Shown here piece after piece: positions 11,801-25,621 of a stretch of DNA of 64,000 nt (position 1 is the first letter of the stretch; each line of letters begins with the position of its first letter). The notes beneath the pieces are model-generated. The model was not told the origin of the DNA. It did not search any database and saw only the letters and a program-made list of their open reading frames with translations. Origin of the DNA: Podarcis erhardii (taxonomy: Eukaryota); NCBI GenBank assembly GCA_964252035.1, contig OZ176200.1; one strand, given 5' to 3'. The translations under genes and the position numbers were made by a program.

Positions 11801-14800
11801 CTGTCACTTGGATGAAGGGGAAAGATATTATTAAAGAAGATAACAAAGTCAAAGTGACCTTTGAAAATGGCATTGCAACTTTGCAAATCACAGATGTCCA
11901 GTTTAGTTCTGGTGGTAAATATACATGTCTGGCTGAGAATGATGCAGGAAGCCAAACATGTTTTGGAGAATTAGCAGTTAAAGGTCAGTGTAGGAGCACT
12001 TTAAGATCGCACAATTCTTCTTATACACAGGCATATTGTTCGCATTAGGTCTATAATGACCACTGTTTAATTCTGTTATAGAGCCTGCTACCATTGTTGA
12101 GAGAGCTGAATTCATTCAGGTGACGGCAGGGGACCCAGCAACTCTGGAATACACTGTTGCGGGCACTCCAGAGCTAAAAACGAAATGGTTCAAAGACGGA
12201 AAGCCTCTGGCTTCTAACAAAAAGTATAGAATCAGTTTCAAGAACAATGTTGCTCAGTTGAAATTCTACACCGCCGAATTGCACGATACTGGCGAAATCA
12301 CCTTTGAAGTTTCAAACGATGTTGGACGCAGTTCGTGCACCACCTCATTTACTGTGTTAGGTTGGTAATCCAGCAGCGCTACTGCGATTTAGATGGTAGA
12401 ACAATTAGAAGGCGGGAGGTGGGAGGGGACACTCCTAAAACACTCTTTTTGATATATATTGGTTTTCTTTTCTTTGCTGTGCCTTGGAACAGATCGCACC
12501 CTTCCTCCATTCTTTACCAAACCTCTGCGGAACGTCGATAGCGCGGTTGGTGGCTCCTGCCACTTTGACTGCAAAGTATCAGGTTCTCTTCCAATAAAAG
12601 TGTCTTGGTTTAAGCATGACAAAGAGATCACTGCCAGCGCCAAGTATGCAATACGCTACGAAGAAGGTTCAGCGTCTTTGGACATCAAACACCTGGATAC
12701 CAATGACGCAGGAGTGTATTCCTGTAGAGCTACTAACTCTGCAGGGGGCAAGGAAAGCCATGGAACTTTAACGATAAAAGGTTTGACATCTTCTTTTGCA
12801 TTCTCTTCTCAGTATCTCTTTTAACCCCTTTCCCCACCCCCCTTTTAACTCCTCATTGCATTAAGTTGAACTACTGATTCTTTCCAACTCTTTCTTTCAA
12901 ACAATGTGTAGAGCCACCTAGCTTTGTGACAGAGCCAGAGTCTCAAGAAATATCTCCCGGATCAACAGTGCGTTTGAAGAGTACATTTAAGGGAACAGCG
13001 CCACTCTCTGTACAATGGTTTAAGGGTGATGCTGAGCTAACCACTGGCGGAGCTTGTTACATCATGACGGAAGCTTTGTCAAGTTACTTGGAGCTTTACG
13101 CTGTGAAACCTGCTGATTCAGGCGCCTATTCTTGCAAAGTCAGCAACGCGGCTGGTTCAGCCTCATGCAGTGCAAACTTATTTGTCCAAGGTTTGCACAA
13201 CTCTTTCTCTTATGATGATATGCTTGGGTGGCGATTTGAGGTGCCTCTTATTTTTCCTTAACCTCTTTCTACAACTCTTCTTAATAACATTCTTTAAATT
13301 CCACAGAACCCGCTACTTTCGTGGAAAGACTTGAGCCGTCACAGTTGATTAAGAAAGGAGAATACGCCCAATTAGAATGTAAAGTTACAGGCACGCCTGA
13401 AATTAAAATCTCTTGGTTCAAGGATGACAGGGAAATTAAAGACAGTGCCAAACACAAGATGACTTTGGTGAGCTCCACAGCAGTACTCAGACTCCTGGAT
13501 GTCACTCTTGAAGACTGTGGTGAATATACATGTGAGGCAAAAAATGATGCTGGGAAAGATACATGCAGTAGTGTCGTGGTTGTAAAAGGTGTGTGCAAAA
13601 GTACCCCTCCACTCAATTTTCTCAGCAAGTCTTTCGAGCCTTTTAAAGGTCCCAGAACCAATTAACAACCCCCACTCTTTCTTTCTTTCTTGTGCTATAG
13701 AGTCACCTTACTTTGTCAAGGAATTTGAACCAAGGGAAGTGTTAAAAGACTCAGATGTGATACTGGAATGTGAGGTCTTAGGTACCCCTCCATTTGAGGT
13801 CTATTGGTTAAAGGACAACAAACCTGTGAGGAGCAGTAGAAAGCACAGAATAAGCATTGAGAATTCCTTGATTAGCCTCCAGGTTTTCAAGTTTGACTCT
13901 TCAGATGCAGGAGAATACCAGTGCAGGGTAACAAACGATGTAGGAAGCTGTGTCTGTAGCTCTGAGTTGGCTCTGAAAGGTCAGTACCGCCTGGAAAATA
14001 TAATAATTTAATTCTGATGTTTAGTTGAGGCTAATACTCACCAAAGCATCTATTCTTTCAATAGAACCCCCACAATTTGTGAAGAGGATTGAGAACATTA
14101 GCTCACTTAGAGGAGGCACAATAGTGTTTCAAGCAACTATTAAAGGTTCCATGCCTATAACAGTCTCTTGGCTGAAAGATAATGATGACATTGTTGAAGA
14201 CGATAACACCAAAATGACCTTTGTGAACAATGTGGCCACTCTTATGATCAGGGCCATAGAACTGAAGCACGATGGGAAATATTTTTGCCAGGCTAAAAAT
14301 GATGCTGGAATCCAAAGATGTTCTGCTTTACTAACAGTAAAAGGTTTGTAGAGCTTACTCCCACCTCCTTAATTTGTAGCATCGTGTTTTGCTAACATCT
14401 ACACTTCAAGTCACCCAGACTCATATTTGCTCCTGTATTTATCACAGAGGCAGCCACCATCACTGATAAAGCTGTTTCAATTGATGTCACAGAAGGCGAC
14501 CCAGCCACATTGCAGTGTAGATTTTCAGGAACAAAAGATATTACTGCCAAGTGGTTCAGAGATGGAAAGGAGTTGACATTGGGACACAAATATAAAATCA
14601 GTGTTGCCGATACAGTCTCTATGCTAAAGATTGTTTCTACAGAAAAGAAAGATAGCGGCGAATACACATTTGAGGTTTCAAATGATGTCGGAAGCAGTAG
14701 CTGTAAAGCTAGCATTAATGTCTTAGGTTTGTATTGTCTATCCCTCTTCTCTTGGGGGTGGGTCGGTTGGTAGGTGCTGGCCGCAACTGCAATTCTTATT

Positions 14801-17800
14801 TTCTTTTTATGCCAAAGACAAGCAAAGTGGCTTCTAATACATATCTTTTTGCTTTGTCTTGGGTAGATCTGATCATACCGCCTAAATTCACCAAAAAGCT
14901 AAAGAAAATGGATAGCATTAAGGGCTCTTTTGTTCACCTTGAGTGTATAGTGTCTGGTTCACACCCAATAAGTATCCAGTGGTACAAGGACGGCCAAGAG
15001 ATAACTGCTAGCGAAAAGCACAAGTATTCTTTCCATGATAACATGGCATTCTTGGAGATCAACCAGCTTGAAGGTGCAGATAGTGGATCTTATACCTGCG
15101 AGGCAACAAATAAAGCTGGAAGCAACCAGTGCAGTGCCCACTTAACCGTCAAAGGTTTGGACATCTTGTACTTTTTCTCCTAGGCGGCAGGCTTATTTGC
15201 CACGTCGCTTTGATTCTGGTTTTTGTTTATCGTTCCAAAATGAATGACCTCCCTCTTTTCCTGGTCTTTCTCCCCACTCTTTGTAGAACCCCCATGCTTT
15301 GTTGAAAAGCCACAGTCACAAGATGTGGTACCAGCTGCCAGAGTCCAACTCAAAGCTCTCGTGAGCGGCACGCCTCCCATACAAATAAAGTGGTTCAAAG
15401 ATAGCAAAGAACTCCTTTCGGGAGCTTCTCGCTCAGTTTACAAAGATGACACTTCAAGCGTGCTGGAACTCTTTTCGGCCAAGACGTCTGATTCAGGGAA
15501 CTATATCTGCCAATTAAGCAATGACGTCGGGACAACAACCTGCAAGACAACTCTTTTTGTGAAAGGTCTGCACTTTTACATCCCGGGTTATCAGTTGCGA
15601 TTTGCGCAGCTCAGTCCTATGCATGTCTACTTGACTGTAAGTCCCACTGTGTTAGATGGGGATTACAGTAAGTATGTGCATAGGATTGCAATCTACCATA
15701 GTTTTTTTGGTTGGTTTGTGTTTTTTAAAGCCAATTACTATTTTCTAAATAATTATTTTTAATTTTATTTTAGAGCCCCCTAGGTTTCTTCAGAAGCCTA
15801 GCCCTGTGGTAGCTTTGAGAAAAGGACAGTCTACCACTTTTGAATGCCAGGTAGCGGGTACACCGGAAATCCGTGTCCTTTGGTACCTTGATGGGAACGA
15901 AGTGCTGGACCATGCTAAATATGGAGTCTCGTTTGTAGACAACATGGCGACTTTTAAAGTTTCCAATGCTAAAGTGGAGGATAGCGGGACCTACATTTGC
16001 GAGGCCCGCAATGACGCAGGTAGTGAGAGTTGCAGCATTGAACTGAGAGTGAAAGGTTAGTTGCTAAGAATGTCTTTTCCAGTTCCTTCAGCCATGCAGT
16101 TGGGTTCCTCCCCTTATTTCTGAGGATGCTTTGTTTTCTTCTACTACTTTAGAACCTCCCACATTTGTGAGGGAGCTAAAACCTGTGGAAGTAGTAAGAA
16201 CCTACGATGCTATGTTAGAATGTGAAGTCACAGGGACTCCTCCGTTTGAAGTGACCTGGCTGAAGAACAACAACGAGATCCGAAGTAGCAAGAAATACAC
16301 CATGACTGATCAGCAATCTGTTTTTGCCCTTCATATCATGAACTGTGATGTTCAGGATGCTGGCGAATACCAGTGCATTATTTCAAATGAAGGGGGCAGC
16401 TGTTCCTGTAGCACAAAAGTCAGTCTGAAAGGTCAGTTCAGTAATCATAGTAGGGGGAAAGCCTAAGAAACATTCCGTTTGTTCTCTCACCTCCTTTAGC
16501 AAATTTTAAACCTTACCCAGGTTTCATTCCGGTTTTTTTTTTATATTTTTAATAAACACAGAACCCCCATCCTTCATCAAGAAGTTAGAAAACGTCCACG
16601 CTGTTTTGAAGAGCTCTGCTGTATTTCAATGCACTGTGGCTGGTTCTCAGCCTTTAACAGTGTCTTGGATAAAAGACGAAAGAATCATCGAAAACGATGA
16701 CAGCTTCCACATTACATTTGAAAACAATGTGGCGAGATTGAAGATCAGGCATGTTGACCTCGGTCACAGTGGGAGATACACCTGTCAGGCAAAGAATGAG
16801 TCAGGAGTTGAGAAGTGTTTTGCTTTACTTTTAGTGCAAGGTTTGTGAGTTTTGATTCCTATTTTGATTCCTCAGTAAGCACCAGTCTTCTGCCAGTTAC
16901 TCATCGGAAGACTTCAATATATTTTTGTTTTTATTCTTACTCCAGAACCTGCTCAGATCATAGAAAAAGCTAAATCAATTAAAGTTACAGAGAAAGACCC
17001 AGTCACTCTAGAATGCACTGTGGCTGGAACACCAGAACTTCAAGTGAAATGGTCCAAAGATGGGAAACAACTCATGCCCAGTAGATATTACACCATGAGC
17101 TTTGACAATAATGTGGCTAGGTTCAGGATTGAATCCATTATGAAAGAGGACAGCGGCACATACACCTTTAAGGTCGAAAATGAGTTTGGAAGCAGCACCT
17201 GTGAGGCTACTTTGTCTGTACTAGGTTTGTATTTTGTTTGGTCAAAATGGAGCATGTTCTTTTTCAATCAACATTTTAATTGCCTGTGTATTGTTCATGA
17301 AGAAGAAAGACTAGAGCAAGGAATCTGATGCTACTTGCCTTCTTCCCTTCCTTCTGGGCAGATCAAGCAATCCCTCCTTCGTTTACCAAAAAATTGCCAA
17401 AAATGGATAAAATTCTGGGATCATCTATTCATATGGAGTGCAAAGTCTCTGGCTCACTCCCAATTACTGCAAAATGGTTTAAAGATGGAAAAGAGATACC
17501 CGAGAGTGCAAAATACAGGCATCTATGCCATGAGAACACTGTATCGCTCGAGGTTAATTACCTAGAGTTGACAGATTCTGGAAATTATACTTGCAGCGTA
17601 ACAAATGTTGCAGGAAGTGACTCATGTAGCGCCGTCTTAACTGTGAAAGGTTTGGATTTCTATCTTCTTTCTATACACTGTATTAAAATATAAATCTTTT
17701 TCAACTTCACATCATCTTAAGATCTTTGAATGTAGATCCCATTTAATGTTATCTATATAGAACCTTTCTTTTCTTATTAACTTTGACACATGTTTTATTT

Positions 17801-20800
17801 CTCTTTATTGGTTTGCTGTGGCTTGCCAGGCCATATTTCTTGCGCCGGAACCTAATTAGTTTTCTTTTGTTTCTTAAAACCTTTAGAGCCACCAAGCTTC
17901 TTGGTAAAACCAGAAAGTCAATCAGCTATACCTGATTCAACAGTGGAATTTAAGGCATCTTTAAAGGGAACACCGCCTTTTAAAATAAAGTGGTTTAAAG
18001 AAGATTTAGAACTTGTTTCTGGACCTAACTGTTTATTTGGGATTGAAGGGTCAACTGGTTTCTTAAATCTTTATTCTGTGGATGTATCAAAAAGTGGAAA
18101 CTATACTTGCCAAGTTTCCAACGATGTTGGCAGCGATTCTTGTACAACCACACTGAGCATAACAGGTGTGCTAATGTGTTCTGTGTTGCTCTTTTCTTAA
18201 TTGTCTTCTGCAGTCTTTTGTGTAAATGTTTCTGAGTTACTTTTCTTCCTGCATTGCTAAAACTAGAAGTTAAGCGCCCTTTTAGATGTCTCTCCCCTCT
18301 TATTCTATATACCTTTCAACACAATCCCTCTTTTCTTCCGATTTACCTTGCTTTCATTTTTCTTCCATTTCCCAGAACCTCCAAAGTTCATTAAGAAGCT
18401 AGACCCGTCTAAAGTTATTAAACAGGGTGACTCCACACGACTTGAATGTAAAATCAGTGGCTCTCCAGAAATCAAAGTGGTATGGTACAGAAATGACACT
18501 GAAGTCCATGCCAGTGAAAAATTCCAGATGTCATTCACAGATTCTGTGGCAGTCATTGAAATGAGGCATCTTGGTGCAGACGATAGTGGAGATTACATAT
18601 GTGAAGCACAGAACCCTGCTGGCAGGGCAAGCTGCAGTACTAAACTCCTAGTCAAAGGTTAGAAAACATCCCTTGGCAGACCTCCTTCTCTTTGACTAAC
18701 TATCTCTAAAAAGATTGAGATTAGCTCATTCTGATTCTTGTATGGCTAAGCTAACTGTTAGATTGCTATAACTGCCCATTGTGGACAGGGTCCTATTTCT
18801 CATCTAATTAGTCTCCAGGTTCATTTTAAACAAGTATTCTCTAACCTGTGGCTTTCACTCTTTCCCTCAAGAATGTTCAAAGGGATGTGGTGTATTTACT
18901 ATTATTTATTTAGGTTATTTAATTATTGCAATATTTGTAGGCCACTATTAAACCAAAAAACCAAAGTGGTCTACAACAACCGCATAGTAAAAACTACATT
19001 TTTAAAACAACAACAACAACAACCCAGAGATCAATTAGCTATTACAGAAAGATGTTTTCTTAATTACCTGCATAAGCTTGGTGGCAATTATAACCCACTC
19101 TTCATTAACATCAATGAGTGGGGTACTTAAATCAAGGCTGCAACCATCAGTCAATCAAATTTGCATCACAACACTGAGAGGGTGACAAAACATCTCCTCC
19201 AGTCAACTAATCAAATGCTTGAGTAGATGTCGGGGTTGGTGTCCACTGAATCTGCAAGAGTGACCATCACAGCTCTCTGCCTGTTACAGAAAGGATAAGT
19301 AATAAGTCAGTAGGACTATATTCCATGTGAAAGGAGGAGAAAATGGGTGTTAAATGCATTCCTGCACTCACCCTTTTGGCCCAGCATTCTAGGATGGTCA
19401 CTGCTTTTATTACTGAAATGACCAATTACTCTATTCCGGGTGGGCAACAGTTGCGGCCTCTTGTGGGCTGGCTGCCAGCCATTCCCAAGTGCTGGGACTC
19501 ATGTGCACATTAAAGATCATCCGGCCGGCCACACTGCAGGGCGGGATTGCCTGCCAAATACACTAAACTGCCCAATCATGGGCATCTTAGTGGGTGGAGC
19601 TTTGCTGGCGGACTGGGACATGCATGCTTCCACCCTAGTCCGTTGGCTACCCTTAAAAACCAGCTGTGAAAAGAAAAGGTGCTGCTTCTGCTGCATGCAT
19701 GCCTTGGCACTGAAATAAATACATATCTGGCAATTCTCACATTATATTCACATTAAACTAGCAACATATATATTGAGCTAACTTTCTTAAAATGACGCCT
19801 GATTCTTCCTTTCATCCTAGAACCGCCCATCTTTAGCAGGAAGCCGTCTCCAGTAGATACACTCAAGGGTACTGAGGTTAGCCTTGAATGTGAGATTTCT
19901 GGGACGCCACCTTTTGATATTACGTGGTATAAGGATAAGAGGCAAATCCGTAGCAGTAAAAAGTACAAAGTCGCATCCAAAAACTACCATGCAAGTGTTC
20001 ACATTCTGAATATTGAAGTATCTGACATTGGTGAATACCAGTGCAAAGCTCAGAACGATGTCGGAAGCGACACTTGCGTTTGTATGGTAAAACTTAAAGG
20101 TAGGTATTATTTGAGGAAATACGGTGTGCAATCATCGTTGTCTTTATAAAAATGCACAATTCTTGTTGGAACTCTTGATGCCCACTGGCTCTTTCCTCTT
20201 CAGAACCACCAAAATTCGTGACCAAAATTAACAACCTTACTGTTGTGGTGGGTGAACCAGTAGAGTTGCAGGCCACCTTGGAAGGCTCTCAGCCGATTTC
20301 GGTGACGTGGCTCAAGGACAAAGAAGAGGTCATCAGAGAAAGTGCTAACAGGACAATAACATACGTGGAAAATGTTGCCACTTTGCAGCTTGCCAAAGCA
20401 GAACCAGCAAGCGCTGGGAAGTATATCTGTCAAATCAGTAATGATGCTGGAACCCGGGAGTGCATAGCTACTTTAACCGTTCTAGGTTGGTAATGACACA
20501 AACTTGGCTTTTTATTTTCTTTAAAAAGAGAGAGAGAGAGTTAGTTTTAAAAGTTGGGAAGGCTAAATAACATTCAGAGCCTTGAGGTTGAGGGGGGAGG
20601 CATGTCATCAGTGCACATGGTGCATTACAGAGTATTGGAGAACAGGTTCTGAAGCAAAATGTTCAGGTAACCCATTGGTGGCTTCATACTGCTCTGCTCC
20701 TATTGGTTGGGCAGTCAGCTCCTCTTCTCTGGAAGACAGATAAGTGGCACGGTGGTGTTTACTCTGTTTCTCAATTCTAGAAAAGAAAAGCCATTAATAG

Positions 20801-23800
20801 TTTTGTAGTGGCTCCTTTCCAAAGCAGAAAACTGTGGCTTTAGAGAAGTGATTTCTCTAATTGCAGTATTAAGCCATGTGGCTAAGGAGACAGTGATATT
20901 CACACGTAGATATTGGATATTGCTTGAATCTCTTTCCAGAGCCAGCTGTCATCACCGAGAAGGCAGAACCAATGAAAGTCACCGTCGGAGACATTTGTAC
21001 CTTAGAGTGCAAAGTGGGTGGAACACCAGAACTTTCAATAGGCTGGTTTAAGGATGGAAAAGAATTAACAACTAGCAACAAATACAAAATTACCTTCTAC
21101 AACAAAGTGTCCACACTTAAAATTATTGATTCAGAAGTGGAAGACAGTGGCTTATACACTTTCGAGGTGCAGAACAATGTTGGCAAAAGCAGCTGCACAG
21201 CTTCTGTTGATGTTCTGGGTCAGTTCTGTTGCTTCTCTTCATTGTATTTCCACCAGGAAATGGTTCTCTTTTGTGGGGTCCTCATTTTCTTTTGTTTACC
21301 TCCTCTTACACAGATCGGATTATTCCACCTTCTTTCACAAGAAAACTTAAAGAAACTCATGGTGTACTGGCTTCTTCAGTGATTCTTGAGTGCAAAGTGG
21401 CTGGATCCCTTCCCATTACAGTCGCTTGGTTCCATAATGGACATAAACTCACCAGTGGGGAAAAACATCAAATCTCATTTTCAGACCATGTTTGCAGTTT
21501 GCAGATTGGTTCACTGAACTCATCTGATACAGGAACTTATGCATGTAAAGCTGCTAATGTGGCAGGCTCTGATGAAACCAAGGCTGCTTTGATTGTACAA
21601 GGTCAGTATTCAATAAGTGGCTAACACTTTGCAGAAAACTTCCATAATCTTTATTCTTGGAAAATTGCATTCTCTTGGTGTTGTGATTTGAGGAAAGTTT
21701 TATTTTAACTTTATGATTCCTGATCTGTTGTTACTTTCAATGCTTCTTTAGAACCACCCTCTTTTGAGAAGGTCCCTGAATCTGTGGATATTTTACCAGG
21801 CAAAAGTGTTACATTTTCTGCTGTTATTAGAGGAACACCACCATTTAAGGTGAGGTGGTTTAGAGGCGTCAATGAACTCGTACCAAGTGATAAATGTAGC
21901 ATCTACTTGGAAGATTCGGTCACAGACCTGGAGCTGTTTGATGTAGAGCCACAACAGAGTGGAGAGTATACTTGTGTTGTGACTAATGAGGCTGGCAAAG
22001 TGTCTTGTACAGCACATCTTTCTGTAAAAGGTTGGTACAGGTTGCACTTTTTCGCTTTGGAATGTTTAGGTGTTTGTGCAGCGTTGATGCCAATACTTGA
22101 CTTCTTATTGCTCACTAGAACCAGCCGTTTTTGTGAAGAAGCTCAGCGACCATTGTGTGGAGCCAGGCAAATCCATAATTCTAGAGAGCAGGTACACTGG
22201 TAGCCTTCCGATTTCAGTGACATGGAAGAAGAACGGCGTAACTTTAGGCCAGTCTGAAAAGTGCAGCATCACCACAACAGAGAAGTCATGCATTCTGGAA
22301 ATTCTTAACAGTACAAAGGATGATCAAGGAGAATACACATGTATGGTTGAGAATGAGGCTGGAGAAGATATCTGTGAAGCACTGGTATCCACTTTAGGTC
22401 TGTCTTTAGCGCCTTCTTAATAATATTTTTTTATTTAAAAACCTCATTGTTTCTTCATTGTAGCGTTCAGGTGCCATTATCCTAATGCTGACTCTTTGTG
22501 TCCCCAGAACCTCCTTCTTTCGTCACTCACTTGGGACCTCTTGAGGTGTCAGTTGGAGACTATACCACTTTGCAATGCCAAGTTACTGGGACTCCAGAAA
22601 TTACAATATCTTGGTTCAAAGGAGATACAAAATTAAGATCTACTCCTGAGTATAAGATGTACTTCAAAGATAATGTTGCTACACTTATTTTTAACAAAGT
22701 GGATGCCAGTGACAGTGGGGAATATATTTGCAAAGCAGAAAACAGTGTCGGAATGGCCTCGTCAAAGGCTGTCTTAGCAGTTCAAGGTGATTATTTTATC
22801 TGGGATTGGTTAAAAACTCATACTTACAGATCTTTCACTCTTTAAAAAACGTTTTCACCTGTCCAGATGCCTGCATAAGCCGTATATTTATTGCATACTT
22901 CTTTTCTTGCAGAGCGAAAACGTCCACCTTCTTTTGCAAGGAAATTAAAGGATACAGAGCAAACCGTTGGTTTCCCAATCAAATTAGTTTGCCGTCTAAA
23001 TGGGTCAGAGCCAATTAGTGTTACATGGTATAAGGATGGTGTGCCTTTAAGAGATGACTTTAATGTGCAGGCCTCTTACATAGATAACGTGGCAACTCTT
23101 CAGCTGTTGCAAACTGAGATGAGTCACACTGGGCAATATTCTTGCACAGCGACCAATCCAGTAGGGACTGCTACCTCTAGCGCTAGGCTCACAGTCTCAG
23201 GTTAGTTTCATACCGACTCTCTTGTTTTCATCTGTTACGTTCAACCACTCTTCCTAACCTCTAAAAAGATTTTACAGTATTTAGCTTTACTGCGTCTGAA
23301 AGAAATCCAATCGTTCCTCTTCATTTTATTCCCCAGAACGCAAACAAGCTCCCTCCTTTGATATCACACCCGAGTCCAAAGATCTTCCTGTTGGAGAAAG
23401 TGCTGACTTTGAGTGTCATGTTACTGGAGCCCAACCTATACATGTAACGTGGGCTAAAGATGGCCGCGAGATCCGTACAGGAGGAAACTATGCCATTACC
23501 TTTGTAGCAAATACAGCCCATTTGAGAATTCTGAGAGTAGGCAAAGGAGACAGCGGACAGTATACTTGCCAAGCTAGCAATGATGTTGGGAAAGACTTTT
23601 GCTCGGCTCAACTTAATGTGAAAGGTATTTGAATTTAAGTTGGCTGATCTTTTGTGGAGAAAAGGGATTTTCTTGGGATTTCTTTTCCACAGAATTCTTT
23701 TTTTCTAACTATTAGAAGCTAAAAAGAAAAAGGCAGACCTCTTTCAAATTAACAAAAATTCATAGGAAACTATCTGTAAGTATTTAAGTTCCGAACTATT

Positions 23801-25571
23801 TTCTCCTCCTTACTGTGTCTTGAAACCCCAGTAGAGCAAAAGAATAATGTTTGCGCTCATAGAAATGTGATGGATTCTTATGACAAATTACACGCGCCGG
23901 TTGTGATTTACAGATGCCCACGTTAAATATAGCTTTTATAGCATTCTTTGGTTTTTCTTTGCTGTTGTAAAAGTCGAGGTGGATTTGATTCATTTACAGT
24001 TTATGTATAATTTACATTCTAAAAAAATAGTTACATGGGAAAATATACATAGATAGCTTGATCCATTAGCAGGGATTTATCAAGAGTTTTGCACAGGAGT
24101 TTTGCATAAGATGTCGACAAGTTGAAAGGGGAGTGGGGAAATAGCAATTGGCCTCTGCACTCGTGCACCTGTCAGGGATGTCATCTTAGCATCCCACCCC
24201 CAGGCTGAAATTTTGAGAGGGCTTTGAGTGCCAGTCAACAAACAGATGAGATGGAAGCAGATGGAACGCTTGGGCACAGATAGGATCCTTCCTCCCCTCC
24301 TCCAGATTATTGTACCTGGAAGAGGCTTATCTCATAAGTATTGATTCTTAAAATATCCATCTGTTGTGGGGAGCACAGGTGCAGGAGAAGAGTTCTCCTA
24401 TATTGATTCTGGGTGCTAATTTCCCACCAATCTCCCTTCTTTGTAGTGGACTGGCATTAAGGGAGGCATGAGGAAACAAAGGCTGTATTTTGCTGTGTTT
24501 GCTGTTCAGTGAATCAGTGCCATGGCTTATTTCAGCAGAAATGTCAGAATTTTTGCAGTTTTTTTTTTAAATGGAGGTTTCTCATACACTTACTAATTTT
24601 TGTTGTTATCGTCCTTGATAATACCATATTATGATTTCCACTGCAAATTTTTTTTGCGTGTTCTTAATAGTTCTTATTCCTCTCTATATTGAATATTACT
24701 TTCCTTCTGGCTTGTCAGAACCTCCTAAATTTGTGAAGAAACTGGAACCATCAAGAATGCTGAAACAGGGCGATTCATGTCAACTTGAATGCAAGATCAG
24801 TGGTTCCCCAGAAATCAGAGTTGTGTGGTACAAGAATGACCACGAAATCCATGCTAGCGACAAGCACCGTATGGCATTCAGTGATGGCACAGCAGTGCTG
24901 ATCATTGTTGATGCTACCCATGATGACAGTGGAGATTACATTTGTGAAGCTCTTAATTCTGCTGGCACCGCAAGCTGCAGTACAACAGTCACAGTGAAAG
25001 GTTAGAAGCCAATGTCTACTCTGACTTCCTCCACTCTACCCAACCCTTAGGAGCACTGGAAGGTGTTTTGTTTTTTCCCCATACGGAGTCAGACCATTGG
25101 TCCATCTACCTCAATGTTATCTTCACTGACTGAGAGTGGCTCTCCAGGATTTCAGTCAGGACTCTCTCCCAGCCCTACCTGCAGATGCTGGGGAGTTGAA
25201 CCTGAGGTCCTCTTCATTCAGAGCAGATGCTCTACCAGTGAGCTGCAGGCATTCCCCTACTTTACCCTTAAATGGTTGGATGATAATGCTATAATGCTGG
25301 GGACGCATAGTCAAAAGTACTGACAAAGGACTGAGATGTTTGAAATCCAAAGACTCCTTGACTGTAGTGAAAATGGCAGTGCTGATGAGGAGGTCAGGCA
25401 CACTATGCAAATAGATATAGTAAAGCAGTCTTGAAAATTTTAAGAGCGGAAGAAGCAGTCTTAGAGGATCAGTGGCCCCTCTAGCCTTTACCTATCACTG
25501 GCCTGTGTCAGAAATTACAGAACTGTGAAGTAGCACAGGAAGGAAAAGAGTAAAATCTATTATTATTATTA

Positions 25572-25621
<50 letters not shown>

